Made by a program: the position numbers and the translations under genes
Shown here: in pieces, positions 1 to 8,703 of the stretch
How positions within the stretch are numbered: the first letter of the stretch is position 1
How the letters are laid out: each line of letters starts with the position of its first letter
Assembly: GCA_902800945.1 (NCBI GenBank)
Contig: CADCFX010000007.1
Coordinates: forward strand, 1,376-65,375
Direction: 5' to 3'
DNA length: 64,000 nt
DNA from: an uncultured Erysipelotrichaceae bacterium
GTDB taxonomy: Bacteria > Bacillota_I > Bacilli_A > RF39 > UBA660
Notes under the pieces: generated by a model
Seen by the model: only the letters and a program-made list of their open reading frames with translations
The model's database searches: none
Told to the model about the DNA's origin: nothing

Positions 1-90
1 GGAGAAAATGCTAGACTTGGAAAGATGATAGCTATTATGCTTCTTGTAATGGTGGGGATAATAGTTCTTGTTGTTGTTATGACAAATTAA
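1..90 (+). CDS. 3' end of a CDS entering from upstream (partial); ends in a hydrophobic helix
   Basis: Frame 1 is open from base 1 to TAA at 88-90 (GENARLGKMIAIMLLVMVGIIVLVVVMTN*). There is no start in the window and the product cannot be identified. Confidence 0.35.
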   Translation, partial: GENARLGKMIAIMLLVMVGIIVLVVVMTN

Positions 91-95
91 AAGGC

Positions 96-2156
96 TTACC
101 TTCTGGTAAGTCTTAATTTTTCCTCTTCTTCCTTGGGAATTACATAAATAGGTATACCTTTGATAGTCATTTTTAGCCTACCTTTTGTAATTGTTCCTAC
201 ATGGAGAGTATAGCCATTAGCTTTGTAAGAGTTGGTTTGCGGGGTGTATCTGAACCCTTTTCTTGGCATTTGTCCATAGTTGCCATTGATATCTCTAATA
301 ACAATTAGTTTTGGGCTAATGAAAGTTATTATAATTTTTGTTAGATTTTTTCTTTTATCTTCTCCCTTTTCCCAGCGCTTTTGATAACTAGTGTTTTCTA
401 TTATTCTTGCTAATTTGTCATGATTTGATAACTTTTCACACATTTTAACCATTTCTTCTAGTTTTATTCCTTGTTGTTTCGTGAAATCCAACTCATTTTG
501 TTCTTGTATTATAGTGTGTAATAATAAATCGCCAAATCTTCTAACTGGAGAGGTCCATTTTGTGTAATTATCTAATCCCATTATGAAGTGTCCTTGGCTT
601 TCTGGTGAATAGAAGGACTGGGTGACATGTTGAAGTATTATATAAGCGGCCTTATCTTTCGTTTTTTTATCCTTTATTTGGCGAAGTATACCTTTTATTT
701 GCATGGTTGGCTCTATGTTCCTGTTTGTATTAACGTGAATTCCGTGATTATTTAATTCCTGGATGATGGTATTCATTTCTTCTTTTGAAGGCGCTTTATT
801 ATTTCTATATGGAGCCGGTAATTGAACAAAGTAGGGAATCATACTATTGGCAAGAATCATAATTGCTTGAACCATATCTTGACTTTTTCCTCTTTTTCGT
901 TTTTTAATTCTAACTATTTCTCCTAGTTCATTTTCAATGTATTCGTCTTGTTGAATTGGAAATGCTATATAACCATTTCTTTCTAGTTCTTTCATATATT
1001 TACTGGCAATGTTTTGAATAGTTATTATATCATCTTTTAAATCTTCGTAACCAGGTGGGGTGATTCCTGTTTCAAGTATTTTGTTTACATCATCGTATGT
1101 GCAATTCTTTTTTGTTTTTATAATACTTGGTTTCAAGTCAAAACCCACAATATTATAGTTTTCGTCAAATTGTACCATTAGTGTTTGGGCTAATCTGGTT
1201 TTTCCTTCGTCTAATGAGCCTACTCTTGATAATAGTTGAGGAGGAAGCAATGGTTCTACATTATCGGCCGTATAAACGGACTCGCTTTTTTCTTTGGCAT
1301 CTTTCCATAATGCGGTTCCAGGTTTTACCCATGGTGTGATATCAACTATATTTATATGGAGTATTATCTGCCCATTTTGAAGTCTGGTTATGAAAAATGA
1401 ATCGTCTCTTACTTTATTTGTTGGAGAATCGATTGTTATAGTTGGATATGATGTTAAATCCAAACGCCCCTGCAATTCTTTTTCAGTTATGCAAGCCTTT
1501 TTAGCCTCTTCTATTGATTCATCAGAAAATCCTGTTTTTAAATTGAATTTTGCTAAAAATGATTTGTGTTCTATCTGTGGATTTTTTTTATTGCCTAAAT
1601 ATTCTAAAACTTTTCCTTCGTATACGTTATGAGTAGGTCGGATTCCTATTTGTACTTTCAAACGATCTCTATGGTTGTATTTTTTTAAAGCGTTGTTTGA
1701 TATTTTTATAATACAAGGAGGATCATTGTATATATCGATAAGACTTTTTTCCCCTTCTATTTCTTGGACCTCACAGATAACTATTCCATCATATCTTTTA
1801 ACTATTTTTTCTAATGTTGCGACAGGTCTTCCGTTATCCAGCTTTCCGGTTGGTTTAGCTATGATTGTATCTCTATTTAATAATCCTGAATCGTAGCGAA
1901 ATTCTATTTGATAACGAATTCCGTTGTAGTTCATATAATATTTATTATTGGTGGCTTTTATTTGGCCGAATATTAAATTGGATGGGAACTCTTTTATAAC
2001 TCCGTTTTTATCTATATATATTTTCCCTTCTTCTTCCAATATTTTTAAAGCTGTATTCATTTCTTTGGGGTGAATCCCTAGCTCTTCTATAAGAGCTGCC
2101 TTAGTATACTTTTGGTGAGTGAGAGATTCTAATATTAGTTCTGTTAGTCTTTTCAT
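96..2156 (-). CDS. rnr: RNase R / RNase II family 3'-5' exoribonuclease
   Basis: 686-aa ORF with an N-terminal HTH-like region. RNB-domain motifs are present: TIDSPTNKVRDDSFF, HINIVDITPWV, SVYTADNVEPLLPPQL, GHFIMGLDNYTKWTSPVRRFGDLLLH. Confidence 0.85.
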   Translation of the reverse strand: MKRLTELILESLTHQKYTKAALIEELGIHPKEMNTALKILEEEGKIYIDKNGVIKEFPSNLIFGQIKATNNKYYMNYNGIRYQIEFRYDSGLLNRDTIIAKPTGKLDNGRPVATLEKIVKRYDGIVICEVQEIEGEKSLIDIYNDPPCIIKISNNALKKYNHRDRLKVQIGIRPTHNVYEGKVLEYLGNKKNPQIEHKSFLAKFNLKTGFSDESIEEAKKACITEKELQGRLDLTSYPTITIDSPTNKVRDDSFFITRLQNGQIILHINIVDITPWVKPGTALWKDAKEKSESVYTADNVEPLLPPQLLSRVGSLDEGKTRLAQTLMVQFDENYNIVGFDLKPSIIKTKKNCTYDDVNKILETGITPPGYEDLKDDIITIQNIASKYMKELERNGYIAFPIQQDEYIENELGEIVRIKKRKRGKSQDMVQAIMILANSMIPYFVQLPAPYRNNKAPSKEEMNTIIQELNNHGIHVNTNRNIEPTMQIKGILRQIKDKKTKDKAAYIILQHVTQSFYSPESQGHFIMGLDNYTKWTSPVRRFGDLLLHTIIQEQNELDFTKQQGIKLEEMVKMCEKLSNHDKLARIIENTSYQKRWEKGEDKRKNLTKIIITFISPKLIVIRDINGNYGQMPRKGFRYTPQTNSYKANGYTLHVGTITKGRLKMTIKGIPIYVIPKEEEEKLRLTRR

Positions 2157-2171
2157 AGTTTTTTTCTCTCC

Positions 2172-3179
2172 TTATTTATATGATTCATATTCATTCATGA
2201 TATCGTTTATGTAGTTAATTAGTTTTAGAACTTCCGTATAGGCACCAATACTACCACCTTTGTTAGCTACTGCTATTGCTATGTAAGGATTTTTTTTGTC
2301 AAATACTATTCCTGTCTCAATAACATCTTTAGAAGCAAAACCTGTTTTAGAAGCACTTGGTTTGTTAGGAATGATTTCTTTAAAATAGTTGTATTTTCCG
2401 TTTGCTAAGATGTTCATAAAATTGATACCTTCTTGTGATTCATAACTAAATTTATATATTTCTTGCCAGATTAAAGCTGAACTTCTAGCACTTGTAAAAC
2501 TCCATATATTATTTGGTGCTAGATATAAGTATTTAGTCCCGAGATTTCTTAGCATTTCGTTGTAGCCGCTTACTCCAAATTCTTTATGTAACATGTTGTG
2601 AGCTATATTATCGGATTCCTGAAGAGAATACTTTATAAGATCTTCAACGGTGTAATCTGTGCCTTCGTCACTATTTTTTATAATGCCTGTTCCAGTTTTG
2701 TAATCAGAGTTGGTGTAGGTGATAGTTTTATTTTTATCAATGGTACCATTAGCAATTTCTTTATATAAATATAAGGCATATGGTGCTTTAATTGAACTAG
2801 CTGTTTCAAATTGTTTATCTACATTATAACCAATAGTCATTCCATCTTTTAAACTGATTATATAAAAGGAAACAGGTGCTTTGTATTCGCTAATATCATC
2901 TTTGATTGTAGTGAGTAGTTTTTCGCTTATTTTATAATTAGAATCTAATACTGTTATATCGTTACCATATATTTTGGAATTTAAATCAATGGGATGAAAA
3001 TCATCATCTACGTAATCTGAAACATCAAATAAGGAATCGTTATATATATTAGTTATTTTGGTAGTTTTTTCGTTGATAGCATAAGAAGTGTTATTATTAG
3101 AAGAGGTACATACTATAACGGTTATTAAGCAAATAAGTAAATTTATAGTAGTAAATAAAAATAGATTAGTATTCTTCAT
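2172..3179 (-). CDS. Secreted or anchored class A beta-lactamase-like serine hydrolase
   Basis: 335 aa with an N-terminal hydrophobic helix. Carries SxxK (ASSIK), SDN (ESDNIAH) and KTG (SKTGFA) motifs in the expected order. Confidence 0.7.
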   Translation of the reverse strand: MKNTNLFLFTTINLLICLITVIVCTSSNNNTSYAINEKTTKITNIYNDSLFDVSDYVDDDFHPIDLNSKIYGNDITVLDSNYKISEKLLTTIKDDISEYKAPVSFYIISLKDGMTIGYNVDKQFETASSIKAPYALYLYKEIANGTIDKNKTITYTNSDYKTGTGIIKNSDEGTDYTVEDLIKYSLQESDNIAHNMLHKEFGVSGYNEMLRNLGTKYLYLAPNNIWSFTSARSSALIWQEIYKFSYESQEGINFMNILANGKYNYFKEIIPNKPSASKTGFASKDVIETGIVFDKKNPYIAIAVANKGGSIGAYTEVLKLINYINDIMNEYESYK

Positions 3180-3319
3180 GCTATCATCCTCTCTATATAA
3201 TATTATAATATTTTAGGTTATTTAACAATACGAAAAGTAGTACTTTTATATTCTATTTTTTTAATAATTATGATATTATGAGATAGGATATATACGAGTA
3301 ATAAGAAAGGGTTTATCAC

Positions 3320-4009
3320 ATGGAAGAAATCAATTTAAAAGAGTTGTTTACGTATTTTAAAAATAGAATATTTGTAATGTTAATAATAGTATTGGTAGTA
3401 TTATTACTAGGATCTGTGTATTCATTTTTTTTAAAGGTGCCTGTTTATGAAAGTACGTCTAGTATTGTTTTGGTTAGTGATGAAGGTCAAGCCGGTGGGA
3501 ATGGAAATAGTTATTCTCAAACTGATGTACAGCTTAACAAAGGTTTAGTTAGTACCTATAGTGAAATTGTTAAATCTAGAAGAATTGCTGAAGCAGTAAT
3601 AAAGAATTTGTCATTGGATTATACAGTTGATGAGTTATTAGATGAAGTTAAAGTTACTAATTCTGATAATACGGAGATTATTAAAATAAGAGTAATTGAT
3701 AAAGATAAAGGATTGGCTGCAGAAATTGCTAATGAAATAGTTAAGGTGTTTAGCGAAGAGATAAAATCTATTTATAAATTACAAAATGTTTCGGTAGTAG
3801 ATGTAGCTGAAGAAGCTGCTGAACCATATAATATTAATTATTTAAAAGAGTTTGCTATTTATCTTTTAGTTGGTATTGTATTGGCTGGTGCTATAATATT
3901 TATTATATATTATTTTGATACAACTATTAAGTCTCCTGAAGAAATCGAAAATGGTTTAGGATTGCCGGTATTTGGTGTTGTTCCGGAAGTTAAAAGAAAG
4001 CATAAGTAG
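3320..4009 (+). CDS. Polysaccharide chain-length determinant / tyrosine-kinase modulator (CpsC/YwqC/Wzz family)
   Basis: 229 aa with hydrophobic helices near both ends flanking a soluble domain. The C-terminal tail is GLPVFGVVPE. Lies directly upstream of a BY-kinase gene. Confidence 0.8.
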   Translation: MEEINLKELFTYFKNRIFVMLIIVLVVLLLGSVYSFFLKVPVYESTSSIVLVSDEGQAGGNGNSYSQTDVQLNKGLVSTYSEIVKSRRIAEAVIKNLSLDYTVDELLDEVKVTNSDNTEIIKIRVIDKDKGLAAEIANEIVKVFSEEIKSIYKLQNVSVVDVAEEAAEPYNINYLKEFAIYLLVGIVLAGAIIFIIYYFDTTIKSPEEIENGLGLPVFGVVPEVKRKHK

Positions 4010-4017
4010 GTGAAAAG

Positions 4018-4725
4018 ATGGAAAATAATACAGATTTATTGATTACGATTAATCCTAAGTCGATGTTTAGTGAATCGATTAAAAATATTAGGACTAATCT
4101 ACAGTTTTCTGCTGTTGATAAGGAGCTTAAGGTTATATTAAATACTTCACCTGAGGCTGGAGATGGAAAAAGCTTTATTTCAGCAAATTTAGCAGCTGCT
4201 TATGCCCAAGAAGGTAAAAAGGTATTAATAATTGATTGTGATTTGCGAAGGGGAAGAGAACATACCATTTTTGGAGTGGATAACCCTGCTGATGGAGGGT
4301 ATTCTAATTTGATACTAAATTATAAAGAAGAGATAAAACTGAGCAGATATATTGTTGCAACAAAAATGAAAAATATTGATTTAATACCTACTGGCCCAAC
4401 CCCACCTAATCCAATAGAATTATTATCCTCACATAGTAATGAGAAATTGATTGCTAGTTTAAAAAAGCTTTATGATATTATCATACTTGATTGTCCACCG
4501 GTATTAGGGATAAGTGATACATCAGTATTATTAAAATATAGTGATGCTAACCTGGTTATAGTATCTAGTGGGAGAACGCAGTTTGAATTGTTGGAAAGAA
4601 CAAAGAAGGCTTTTGAAACTGCGAATAGTAAAATAACTGGAATTGTTATAAATAAAGCTAATGTTAAGAAGAATGGCTATTATTCGTATTATACAAATGA
4701 CTATTATACAATTGACAGTAAATAG
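4018..4725 (+). CDS. Bacterial tyrosine autokinase (CpsD/CapB/YwqD family)
   Basis: Walker A SPEAGDGKSF, Walker A' LIIDCDLRR, Walker B IIILDCPP, and a C-terminal tyrosine cluster NGYYSYYTNDYYT. Confidence 0.85.
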   Translation: MENNTDLLITINPKSMFSESIKNIRTNLQFSAVDKELKVILNTSPEAGDGKSFISANLAAAYAQEGKKVLIIDCDLRRGREHTIFGVDNPADGGYSNLILNYKEEIKLSRYIVATKMKNIDLIPTGPTPPNPIELLSSHSNEKLIASLKKLYDIIILDCPPVLGISDTSVLLKYSDANLVIVSSGRTQFELLERTKKAFETANSKITGIVINKANVKKNGYYSYYTNDYYTIDSK

Positions 4726-4733
4726 TTACTAGT

Positions 4734-4770
4734 GAGAATAATACCTTAATTGGTATTATTCTCCTTGATT
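4734..4770 (+). terminator. Hairpin downstream of the BY-kinase gene
   Basis: A perfect 12-bp stem, gagaataatacc (4734-4745) with ggtattattctc (4752-4763), and a 6-nt loop. The T-tract is weak. Confidence 0.5.
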
Positions 4771-4804
4771 TAACTGATTTTTATGGTATAATTAAATCGT
4801 TCTT

Positions 4805-4880
4805 GGTCCGTTGGTGAAGTGGTTAACACATAACCCTCTCAAGGTTACATTCATGGGTTCAAATCCCATACGGATCACCA
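4805..4880 (+). tRNA. tRNA-Glu (anticodon CUC)
   Basis: 76-nt cloverleaf folded by hand. Acceptor GGTCCGT/ACGGATC, D arm GTG-AAGTGGTTAA-CAC, anticodon stem TAACC/GGTTA with loop CTCTCAA, T arm ATGGG-TTCAAAT-CCCAT, discriminator A, encoded CCA. The overall sequence resembles Bacillus tRNA-Glu. Confidence 0.9.
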
Positions 4881-4890
4881 AGTTTAAAAA

Positions 4891-4916
4891 AAGACGATTT
4901 AATCGTCTTTTATTAT
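4891..4916 (+). terminator. Rho-independent terminator after tRNA-Glu
   Basis: Stem aagacgat (4891-4898) with atcgtctt (4903-4910), loop ttaa, followed by a T-rich tract. Confidence 0.75.
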
Positions 4917-4926
4917 TGAAGGAGAG

Positions 4927-5604
4927 ATGAAAATGGCAAAAACAAAAAAAGAAGATTTGGAGGAGAATAGCAGAATTGGCTCTTGGGCGAATGGACTAAG
5001 AATAGTATGTAATATACTAAAAGTATTTGATATCATAGGAATAGTTTGTTTGGCATTAGTATTAGTGTTTACACCTAAGATGTTGAGAGAGATTAAAATT
5101 GATGATGAAAGAATAATTATTTTTAATCAAAAAATAGAGTATTCTTTTAAAGATGTTGATTTCTTGGTTTATAAAATAGACAATGGTAAAGAGAAAAGAA
5201 TTAATACTAAAGACGTTTATAAGTATTTAAACCTAATGGATCTTGGCAAAACAAATATGAATAAGCTTAGAAATGTAATTATGGTAGATTTGGTATTTGC
5301 AATTATATTGTGTGTTATGGAATATTGGATTATTAATACCTTATCTATATTGTTAAAAAAGACTAGAGATGAAAACGTGGCTTTTGTTTCTGGTGGTCAT
5401 CAGTTATTAAGTAATATTGTATGGGTTGCTTTAGCGATGGAAGTAGTTAAAATTGTGATGAGTGTTTTCACATCTATTGCTATTCCAGCATCTGAAAAAA
5501 TAACTGCTAATATTAATATTAATCTAGAGTTTATTTTAGGTTTGTGTGTTGTATTCTTTGTTTCTTTATTATATAAACGTGGTGAAGAATTACAGAATAG
5601 ATAG
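4927..5604 (+). CDS. Hypothetical polytopic membrane protein
   Basis: 225-aa ORF preceded by the RBS AAGGAGAG. Contains several hydrophobic helices. No family recognised. Confidence 0.55.
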   Translation: MKMAKTKKEDLEENSRIGSWANGLRIVCNILKVFDIIGIVCLALVLVFTPKMLREIKIDDERIIIFNQKIEYSFKDVDFLVYKIDNGKEKRINTKDVYKYLNLMDLGKTNMNKLRNVIMVDLVFAIILCVMEYWIINTLSILLKKTRDENVAFVSGGHQLLSNIVWVALAMEVVKIVMSVFTSIAIPASEKITANININLEFILGLCVVFFVSLLYKRGEELQNR

Positions 5605-5617
5605 AAAAGGTGATACT

Positions 5618-6661
5618 ATGACTAAAAGAGTAGTTGTAGGTTTAAGCGGCGGAGTTGATTCTTCCGCCGCTATTATTAAATTACAAGAAATGGGTTATGA
5701 GGTAGTCGGAGTAACATTTAGATTTATTGATGATTTTGATAGTACTGATGCTATAGATGTAGCTAATAAACTGGGGATTGAACATTATGTAATAGATTAT
5801 CGTAAAGAATTCAAAACAGAAGTTGTTGATAAATTTTTGAATGATTATAAAAGTGGTTTAACTCCAAATCCTTGTGTACATTGTAATAGATATTGTAAAT
5901 TCAATTATTTATTTGAATGTATGAAAAAATATAATTGTGATTACGTAGCTACTGGTCATTATGCTAATATACGTGATGGTAAAATATATAAGAGTTTTGA
6001 TTTAGATAAAGATCAGTCGTATTTTTTATATAATTTACCGAAGAATATGATGGGTAATATTCTGTTTCCTCTAGAAGGGTTAACTAAAGAGGAAGTTAGA
6101 AGTATAGCTTTAAAGGCTGGGTTGGATAATTATAGTAAAAAAGATTCGTTTGATGTGTGCTTTATTAATACTGATTTTAGGAATTATATTAGTAATAATA
6201 TTAGACAAAGAATTGGTGATGTTATTAATATACAAACTGGAGAAAAAGTTGGTAAACATAAAGGTTTGGCTTTTTATACAATAGGTCAAAGAAAAGGATT
6301 GGATATAGGAGGAACAAAAGACAGAATGTTTGTTGTTGGAAAAGATGTTGAAAAAAACATTTTGTATATTTGTTTGGGAGAAGATAGTTCTTATTTAGAA
6401 TCTGATTCTTGTATAATAGGTGATGTTAATCTTTTAACTGATGATATTATTAATGAATGTAATGCTAAGTTTAGGTATAGAATGTCCGATGTGCCGGTAG
6501 AGTTGGAATATCTTGATAATGGGGAGATTATTGTTAAATATGATGGTGTTAAAAGAGTTACTCCAGGGCAAGCTTGTGTATTATATAAAGATGATCAATG
6601 TCTTGGTGGGGGAATAATAAAAGAAGTAAGAAAAAATAATAAAAAATTGTGGTATATTTAA
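5618..6661 (+). CDS. mnmA: tRNA-specific 2-thiouridylase MnmA
   Basis: PP-loop GLSGGVDSS and Cys motifs NPCVHCNRYCKF and DVCF. Start moved from the ORF-track 5546 to ATG 5618, which has the RBS GAAAAGGTGA and removes the overlap with the upstream ORF. Confidence 0.9.
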   Translation: MTKRVVVGLSGGVDSSAAIIKLQEMGYEVVGVTFRFIDDFDSTDAIDVANKLGIEHYVIDYRKEFKTEVVDKFLNDYKSGLTPNPCVHCNRYCKFNYLFECMKKYNCDYVATGHYANIRDGKIYKSFDLDKDQSYFLYNLPKNMMGNILFPLEGLTKEEVRSIALKAGLDNYSKKDSFDVCFINTDFRNYISNNIRQRIGDVINIQTGEKVGKHKGLAFYTIGQRKGLDIGGTKDRMFVVGKDVEKNILYICLGEDSSYLESDSCIIGDVNLLTDDIINECNAKFRYRMSDVPVELEYLDNGEIIVKYDGVKRVTPGQACVLYKDDQCLGGGIIKEVRKNNKKLWYI

Positions 6662-6673
6662 GGTATAATTAAT

Positions 6674-7753
6674 ATGGTAGGTGTTTATAAGATGAGCATA
6701 GAAAACTTAGAAGAATTAAGAAAGACGACTATAAAGAAATGTAATAAAAATAATTTAGTGTTTTTACTAATTTTTCTAGTTATTGTAGGAGTATTTTTTT
6801 TAATATTTAAAACTATTAGTGTTCATTTTATTTTTATTGCTTTTATAGTATATATTCCATTTGGAATTATGAATGAGAAAGTTAAAAGTGAGTATAAAAA
6901 TACTTTTATGCGTTCTTTATTGCCAATTGCAGTAAAAAATTTATTAACTGATGTACAAGTAGATGTTAATAGTGGGATTCCTTCTTATGTTGTAGATTCC
7001 ACTCACTCTATGTCGACAGGTGATAGGTATAATTCTTCAAATTTTGTTTCTGGGAAATATAAAGATATTAAGGTTATGATGAGTGATGTGCATATACAAG
7101 ATGAGCATGAAGATAGTGAAGGACATACTTCTTATGTTACGATATTTTTGGGACAATGGATGATATTTGATTTTAATAAGTATTTTAAATCTAATGTTCA
7201 AGTGTGGGAGAAAAAAGTATTTGGTGGAATTTCTAGAAGATGGAAGAGCGGCTTAAAAAAAGTAGAATTAGAGGATATTAGTTTTAATAAAAAGTTTAAA
7301 GTATTATCAGAAAACGAATTAGAGGCTTTTTATATTATTACCCCTAAATTAATGGAGAGAATTACTGCCGTAGAAGCGGCTATTAATGGTACATTAATGA
7401 TGGTGTTTAATAATAATCAGTTACATGTTGCTGTTTATAATAATAAAACTACTTTTAATATAAATATTCATAAACGTATTAATTTTGAAGAATTTGCTAG
7501 GGAATCTATAAAAGACCTGGATGCGATTATTAAGTTTGTTGATATATTAGAATTGGATAATGATTTGTTTAAAGCTGGAGATGTTAATAAAATGGGGGAA
7601 CCCGTAGTAGGGGATGTTGCTGAAGCAGCTATTACTTCTTCTAATCAAGGTATTGTTGCGGCCAATACTAAAACTTTAGATTCATCGGTCCAAAAAAATA
7701 GTTCAATAGAAAATGTAGATGCGGTTACATATTTTAATAATTTAAACAAGTGA
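6674..7753 (+). CDS. Membrane protein, possibly DUF3137-like (often found next to LemA)
   Basis: 359 aa with two N-terminal TM helices and a large soluble domain. The family call rests on architecture and the LemA neighbour, not on a search. An alternative start is ATG 6692. Ends in TGA. Confidence 0.5.
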   Translation: MVGVYKMSIENLEELRKTTIKKCNKNNLVFLLIFLVIVGVFFLIFKTISVHFIFIAFIVYIPFGIMNEKVKSEYKNTFMRSLLPIAVKNLLTDVQVDVNSGIPSYVVDSTHSMSTGDRYNSSNFVSGKYKDIKVMMSDVHIQDEHEDSEGHTSYVTIFLGQWMIFDFNKYFKSNVQVWEKKVFGGISRRWKSGLKKVELEDISFNKKFKVLSENELEAFYIITPKLMERITAVEAAINGTLMMVFNNNQLHVAVYNNKTTFNINIHKRINFEEFARESIKDLDAIIKFVDILELDNDLFKAGDVNKMGEPVVGDVAEAAITSSNQGIVAANTKTLDSSVQKNSSIENVDAVTYFNNLNK

Positions 7754-7795
7754 TTTATGATATAATAAGTATGAAAGTAGGGAGGAGGTAAAAAT

Positions 7796-8341
7796 ATGAA
7801 TCCTTGGATAATTGTTGTTATAGTTTTAGTTGTAATATTGCTGATAGCTTATATTTCTATTAGGAATAATATAAGTAGAACACAAATTAAAATTGACGAA
7901 GCTTCTGCGGGAATTGATGTTGCTTTACAAAAGAGATATGATGTATTAACTAAAATGTTAGATGTTGTAAAAGCTTATACTAAATATGAAAAAGAAACTA
8001 TTCTGGATGTAATTAAAGTAAGAAAAGGTATGAGCATGGATGAGAAGGCTGATGCTGATAAGAAGATGAATGAAGAATTCTCAAAAATCTCAGTTGTAGC
8101 TGAAAATTATCCGGAACTTAGAAGTTCTGATAATTATAAGACTTTACAACAAGCTATAGCTGATACAGAAGAACACTTACAAGCGGCTAGAAGAATGTTT
8201 AATTCTAATGTTTCTAGACTAAATCAGCTGTTAGTTACTTTTCCATCAAGTGTAGTAGCTTCATCTATGGGAGTAACAAAGAAAGCTTTCTATGAAGTAG
8301 AAGAAGCAAAGAAAGAAGATGTAAAAATGGATTTTGAATAA
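7796..8341 (+). CDS. lemA: LemA family protein
   Basis: 181 aa with an N-terminal TM helix, then the LemA-type sequence RNNISRTQIKIDEASAGIDVALQKRYD...ENYPELRS. Strong RBS GGGAGGAGG. Confidence 0.85.
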   Translation: MNPWIIVVIVLVVILLIAYISIRNNISRTQIKIDEASAGIDVALQKRYDVLTKMLDVVKAYTKYEKETILDVIKVRKGMSMDEKADADKKMNEEFSKISVVAENYPELRSSDNYKTLQQAIADTEEHLQAARRMFNSNVSRLNQLLVTFPSSVVASSMGVTKKAFYEVEEAKKEDVKMDFE

Positions 8342-8447
8342 AATCCTTTTTTATTGTTGAAGTTTTGTGATAAGACGCCTGTATTTATATTTGGAGGTTA
8401 TGCTAGTTGGTTATTGTTGAATCAATGTTTTTAAAACGTTAAAAGAT

Positions 8448-8475
8448 TTGACAATATAATAACTTGTGTTATAAT
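8448..8475 (+). promoter_or_regulatory. Sigma-A type promoter for the gltX leader
   Basis: TTGACA (8448-8453), a 16-nt spacer, then an extended -10 TGTTATAAT (8467-8475). Confidence 0.8.
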
Positions 8476-8481
8476 TTTTGT

Positions 8482-8690
8482 ACAAACGAGGAAGAAGAAT
8501 AGTAGTACTGATTGTGTTTTATAGAGAATTCTTGGTTGGTGGAAAAGAATAGATAGATAGTATGAAGAAACTTCAGAGTTAAATAGTGTAGACAAGCTAT
8601 TTCGTATTACTTACGTTACAAGTATTAAGAAGTAATTAAGGTGGTACCACGAGTAATTCGTCCTTTGGGATGGATTACTCTTTTTTTAGA
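8482..8690 (+). promoter_or_regulatory. T-box riboswitch leader (Glu-specific) with intrinsic terminator
   Basis: AGAGA box at 8523-8527. Candidate GAA specifier codons at 8564-8569. Conserved T-box sequence aattaaggtggtaccacgag (8633-8652). Terminator stem agtaattc/ggattact followed by T7 (8652-8687). Confidence 0.85.
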
Positions 8691-8703
8691 AAGGATGATT
8701 GGT

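Noticed and set aside
1127-1896. Three plus-strand ORFs (1127-1339, 1390-1632, 1675-1896) inside the rnr region
   Set aside because: They are antisense to a well-supported RNase R CDS. They have low-complexity hydrophobic translations typical of AT-rich antisense frames and no RBS.
5546-5617. ORF-track N-terminal extension of mnmA
   Set aside because: It overlaps the upstream membrane-protein ORF. The conserved MnmA N-terminus (MTKRVVVGLSGGVDSS) begins at 5618 with its own RBS.
8641-8703. ORF-track N-terminal extension of gltX
   Set aside because: This stretch is the T-box sequence and its terminator. ATG 8704 with an RBS is the plausible start.
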